Shown in pieces: positions 60,701 to 64,000 of a DNA stretch of 64,000 bases. The position numbers were made by a program, and so were the translations under genes. Source of the DNA: Dimorphilus gyrociliatus. Taxonomy: Eukaryota > Animalia > Annelida. The notes below the pieces were generated by a model. It saw only the letters and a list, made by a program, of their open reading frames with translations. It was not told where the DNA came from and did no database searches. The DNA lies in contig CAJFCJ010000007.1 in the NCBI GenBank assembly GCA_904063045.1, forward strand, positions 3,541,404 through 3,605,403, read 5' to 3'. Each line of letters starts with the position of its first letter. Position 1 is the first letter of the stretch.

Positions 60701-62613
60701 TTGTCTTATTCAATTTTAGTCTTCTTTTTTTTATAATATTCTACCCAATCACAATACCCTTAGCCTCTAGTTTTTTTCACTCTATCCACAAATCTACTCC
60801 CCTTTCCCCCCCTCCCCCCTCCCTCGTCTTTTCCCCAAATTTTTCTTCCCTTCTCCCTCTAGTCCCTCTCTTTCTCTTATTTTAAACAGTTGCGCCGTCT
60901 AGCGGCACCGATTTCTCGACAGTCTTACGAGGCCATCCGGCCAATTTAATCGGATATAACTTTTTTTTGCCATTTACAAATTTGTGTTGTTTAAAGAGAT
61001 ATTTGGAAATTCATTTTTTTGGGTTATAAATCTTATTGGTTAATCCAAAAAGAGAGAGAGAAATAAGCTGAAAAATAGACGCCTAGAGTGATTATAGCTA
61101 TTTAGTAAAAAGAAAAAGGAAACAATAAACGAATCGAGAACTTGGAACGATTCAATTCACGCTTTCCGCCAGTCACGCTCCGTCGATATGTTCCTGTTTG
61201 TATATCGGAATATTGACGACGCCGGCGACGCCTTTTGAAAACGGAGCGTTTTTTTTTTTAGTTACAAATTAACAAGAGAAGCGTCGCTGGTATGCGTATG
61301 CTTTATATATTACTACTACTTTCAAGCCTGATAGGTAAGAGAAGTTTTCTGAAGGATTAGGGATAAAAAAGGAAATAGGGCAGTTGTAAATCGAGAGTTA
61401 TTCCTTTAAACCTTTAAATAAAAGATAGATAGACAGAATAAAAGAAGGAAAAAAAAAGCTTTGCCTCTTTATTTTTTCGTTTTATTGTCCAACTCGTTAT
61501 TTGTTTATTGCCTTCGGGATTGTTATCAGTCTCTATTTTACTCTTTATGTTTATACAGTGGTTTCGGATGGAGCTCTGTGGTCTGGACGCAAATGTTGTG
61601 AGCTATTCATTAGCAAATCATGCAGAAGATCTTGCGAGCAGGTAAGAGAATTTGTTATTACTTTTTTTTTTTTTTAAAGAAAAAGGTAGCTGAAAAAGAG
61701 TGGGGGGAGTAGTGAGAGGGAATTAGAACTTTTACTTGTACAAATAGTATTAGAAGGCGCGCGTTTATCGATCGTTTTGTTCGTTTAAGGTGGGAAAAAA
61801 AAGGGGGGGAAGTGGGTTGGCCGATTGACAGTAAGAGAGAAAGAAATAGAAAGAGAGAGAAAATAGAAGATTAAAGACATGAAAAGGATAGGATAGGTTA
61901 GATTGATAGGAAGGAGGAGGAAGGGAGGAAGGAAGGAAGGGAGGGGGTAGGGGCTATTTTTTTATAGGGAAAAATATGAACATAATATAGGTAGAAAATT
62001 CATCAAATATGATTAGAAATCGATAAAAACAAAGTATATTTAGAAGTAATAATTTACAGATAATAATAATAAAATATATAAATAAAAAAGTAAGAGTAAT
62101 ATGTTTGCGAGACGCACTATGGAAGTGAGAGATAACAGACCGACTTTACTTCATTAGCCAGGAAATGGCAGCCCTAAATTCTGTTATGTATCAACTATGC
62201 TTTTATCAAGGGCTATTTAGTCGTAAAAAGTTCAACACAGCCAAGTTTGATTTATGAAACTTGTTCAAAGTATTTGACTATCATTTCTCTTGTCGGTTTT
62301 GTCTCCTTCTTACTTTATTTTTTAATAATTAATAACGTTGATTTTCAAATATTGTTATCAATCTTGATAATCAATTTAACATAGGCTAACAAATTACACC
62401 AGACCACCCAGACAACATTTTTCTACCCCTTAGAACCTTCCAAATCTAGCTTTTTTTCTGTTTTTCTTTCTTTTCTACAGTATCCGACATGTTGAACGAT
62501 ATGTAAAGACATACACAGCTGCTATCATAACAGACGAACGTACGCGAGTCCCTTGTTCATACAAGTTCTGTTTAACTAAGATCGATGAGCGTTTTTCACT
62601 CATTCGCCCCTTT

Positions 62614-62650
<37 letters not shown>

Positions 62651-62967
62651 GTGGACACCTTAAATTTCTGTTTCGGTTTCTTATTACTTATTATTCTGTA
62701 AATTCTTTTCCTTATTAGATTCTTAATGTTTCCTAATTCTATATGTATAATCGACGTAATCGATTTCGTAATCCAAACATACATGTATACACAGCTTTTG
62801 TTTCTAATATGTACCTATGTGAATTTAGGCCTTTGTGCCCTTTCTCATTGTGCCCTATATTATACTTTATATAGGTATATAGATTATACTTTTCGTACCC
62901 ATTTTCCATTTCTATCCATTAGCAAATGCCTCTATCTGTCTCTCTCACTCTTTCGCTATTCCTCCAC

Positions 62968-63005
<38 letters not shown>

Positions 63006-64000
63006 CTCCCCTCTCTTTCTCTCCCCCTCTCTCTCTCTCTCTCTCTCTCGCTCTCAGTCACATACATATATACACACACGCACTACCAAATATTTAATCG
63101 CTACAAACAAGATACTTTCCAAGGCAAACATCCAAAACACGTTTAGTAGCTAGTTAAACTTTTATTATGAAAATGTAAATAATTTTTGAACAGAAAAGAA
63201 AAAGTGTATTTTTTTTTTAATAAAAAAATAATATGTCAAGTTAATTTTATACTTTTGTTTGATAGGCAAAATCCAGATTGAATATAGATCCCAAGTGCTT
63301 TCGCGACGAGGATTACAAGCCTTTCGAAGATTGTTTAAAAAGAGGCGAAGGTAAATTATCAGGGGTTGTATGAAAAAATAAATAAAAAAAGAGGGCTAAA
63401 TACGGAGGGAAGAAGAAATATATATATTGGGTTTTTGGGATAGTAGGTGTTTTCTTTAAGAATAATAATATAATGGACTTGGCAAATAGGATCAAAAAAA
63501 TGCTGTAATCAGAGAAGCATCCGAAGAAAATGTAAGCAGATTTGTAAGAGAACGTTCGTCACCCAATATCCGTCCGCTGAAGAACTACTGCAAGTTCAAT
63601 CGTCTTGCGAAGAGAACGTCTCCGATTGCGTCGATCGATTCTTTGTAAACGGACCAAAGCCTATCCAGAATTCGAATTGTAAGTATAAAAATAGCAGAGA
63701 GATATAATTTAGGATATGTAATGGTAGGAAGAGAAGAATAAAAAAAAAGGTGGCAAAAGAGTGAATAAATTGAGATGAGGATATAAGAAAGGCTGATGAA
63801 AGCCTATAAATAAATAATCGTTTTTTATTACCATTATTATTATTAATAATAATAATGTTTTTTATTTATTTAAGGCATTTATTTATTTAATTTTTTACGG
63901 CAGTTAGCGCCTGCTGCGATGAGGGAGAATCGGTCGAATGCCAGCTAAGTTGCAGACGAATTCTATCGACAGTTAACAATCACGAATTAGCCCTGGAAAG
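57762..64000 (+). CDS. RECK: RECK (reversion-inducing cysteine-rich protein with Kazal motifs), 3'-truncated. Exons 57762-57828, 58022-58080, 58852-58917, 59493-59526, 61559-61641, 63266-63350, 63490-63678, 63904->64000
   Basis: Not visible in the ORF track; assembled by hand. A signal peptide is followed by four CC-type cysteine-knot repeats: NCCQLLDRPYACKKFCNE...VCP...ICL; SDGALWSGRKCCELFISKSCRRSCEQ...KC...DCL; KKCCNQ...CKQIC...SC...DCV; ACCDEGESVECQLSCRRIL. These are colinear with RECK CK1-CK4, and all splice phases match. Confidence 0.92.
62969..63055. repeat. Compound (GTCT)n-(CT)n microsatellite in a RECK intron
   Basis: Direct reading. Confidence 0.9.

Noticed and set aside
1-64000. 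tRNA, rRNA or snRNA genes, transposons, CRISPR arrays and U12-type introns
   Set aside because: I found no A/B-box cloverleaf, transposase or reverse-transcriptase ORF, terminal repeats or spaced direct-repeat array. The RTATCCTT matches I noticed were not at intron 5' ends. This was a visual scan only.

Overview
AT-rich, gene-dense eukaryotic (animal) DNA with many short GT-AG introns (about 55-90 nt) and abundant (TA)n/(GA)n microsatellites. The style and gene set suggest a compact invertebrate genome, plausibly a lophotrochozoan such as a miniaturised annelid; this is inference only. Manual splicing of the ORF fragments gives 16 protein-coding genes, in order: NEK10 (3' part), an HRI/EIF2AK1-like kinase, SNRK, eIF6, a Ly6/three-finger GPI protein, SRD5A3, a GRB7/10/14 adaptor, an orphan PY-motif protein, a TMEM272-like protein, intronless TRDMT1/DNMT2, an ABCB1-like transporter, TADA1, an ARHGAP20-like GAP, a divergent IP3 receptor, an SLC46-like MFS transporter and RECK (5' part). 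There is also one unassigned 97-aa ORF. I recognised no tRNA, rRNA, transposon or CRISPR array. The main candidates for novelty are three. (1) An apparently intact ITPR-family channel lacks the GGGVGD filter and has altered IP3- and Ca2+-binding residues. (2) The ARHGAP20-like gene carries an extra RhoGEF (DH) domain and a candidate myristoylated alternative N-terminus. (3) The HRI-like kinase lacks the recognised heme ligands. All family assignments come from recalled motifs, not from database searches.
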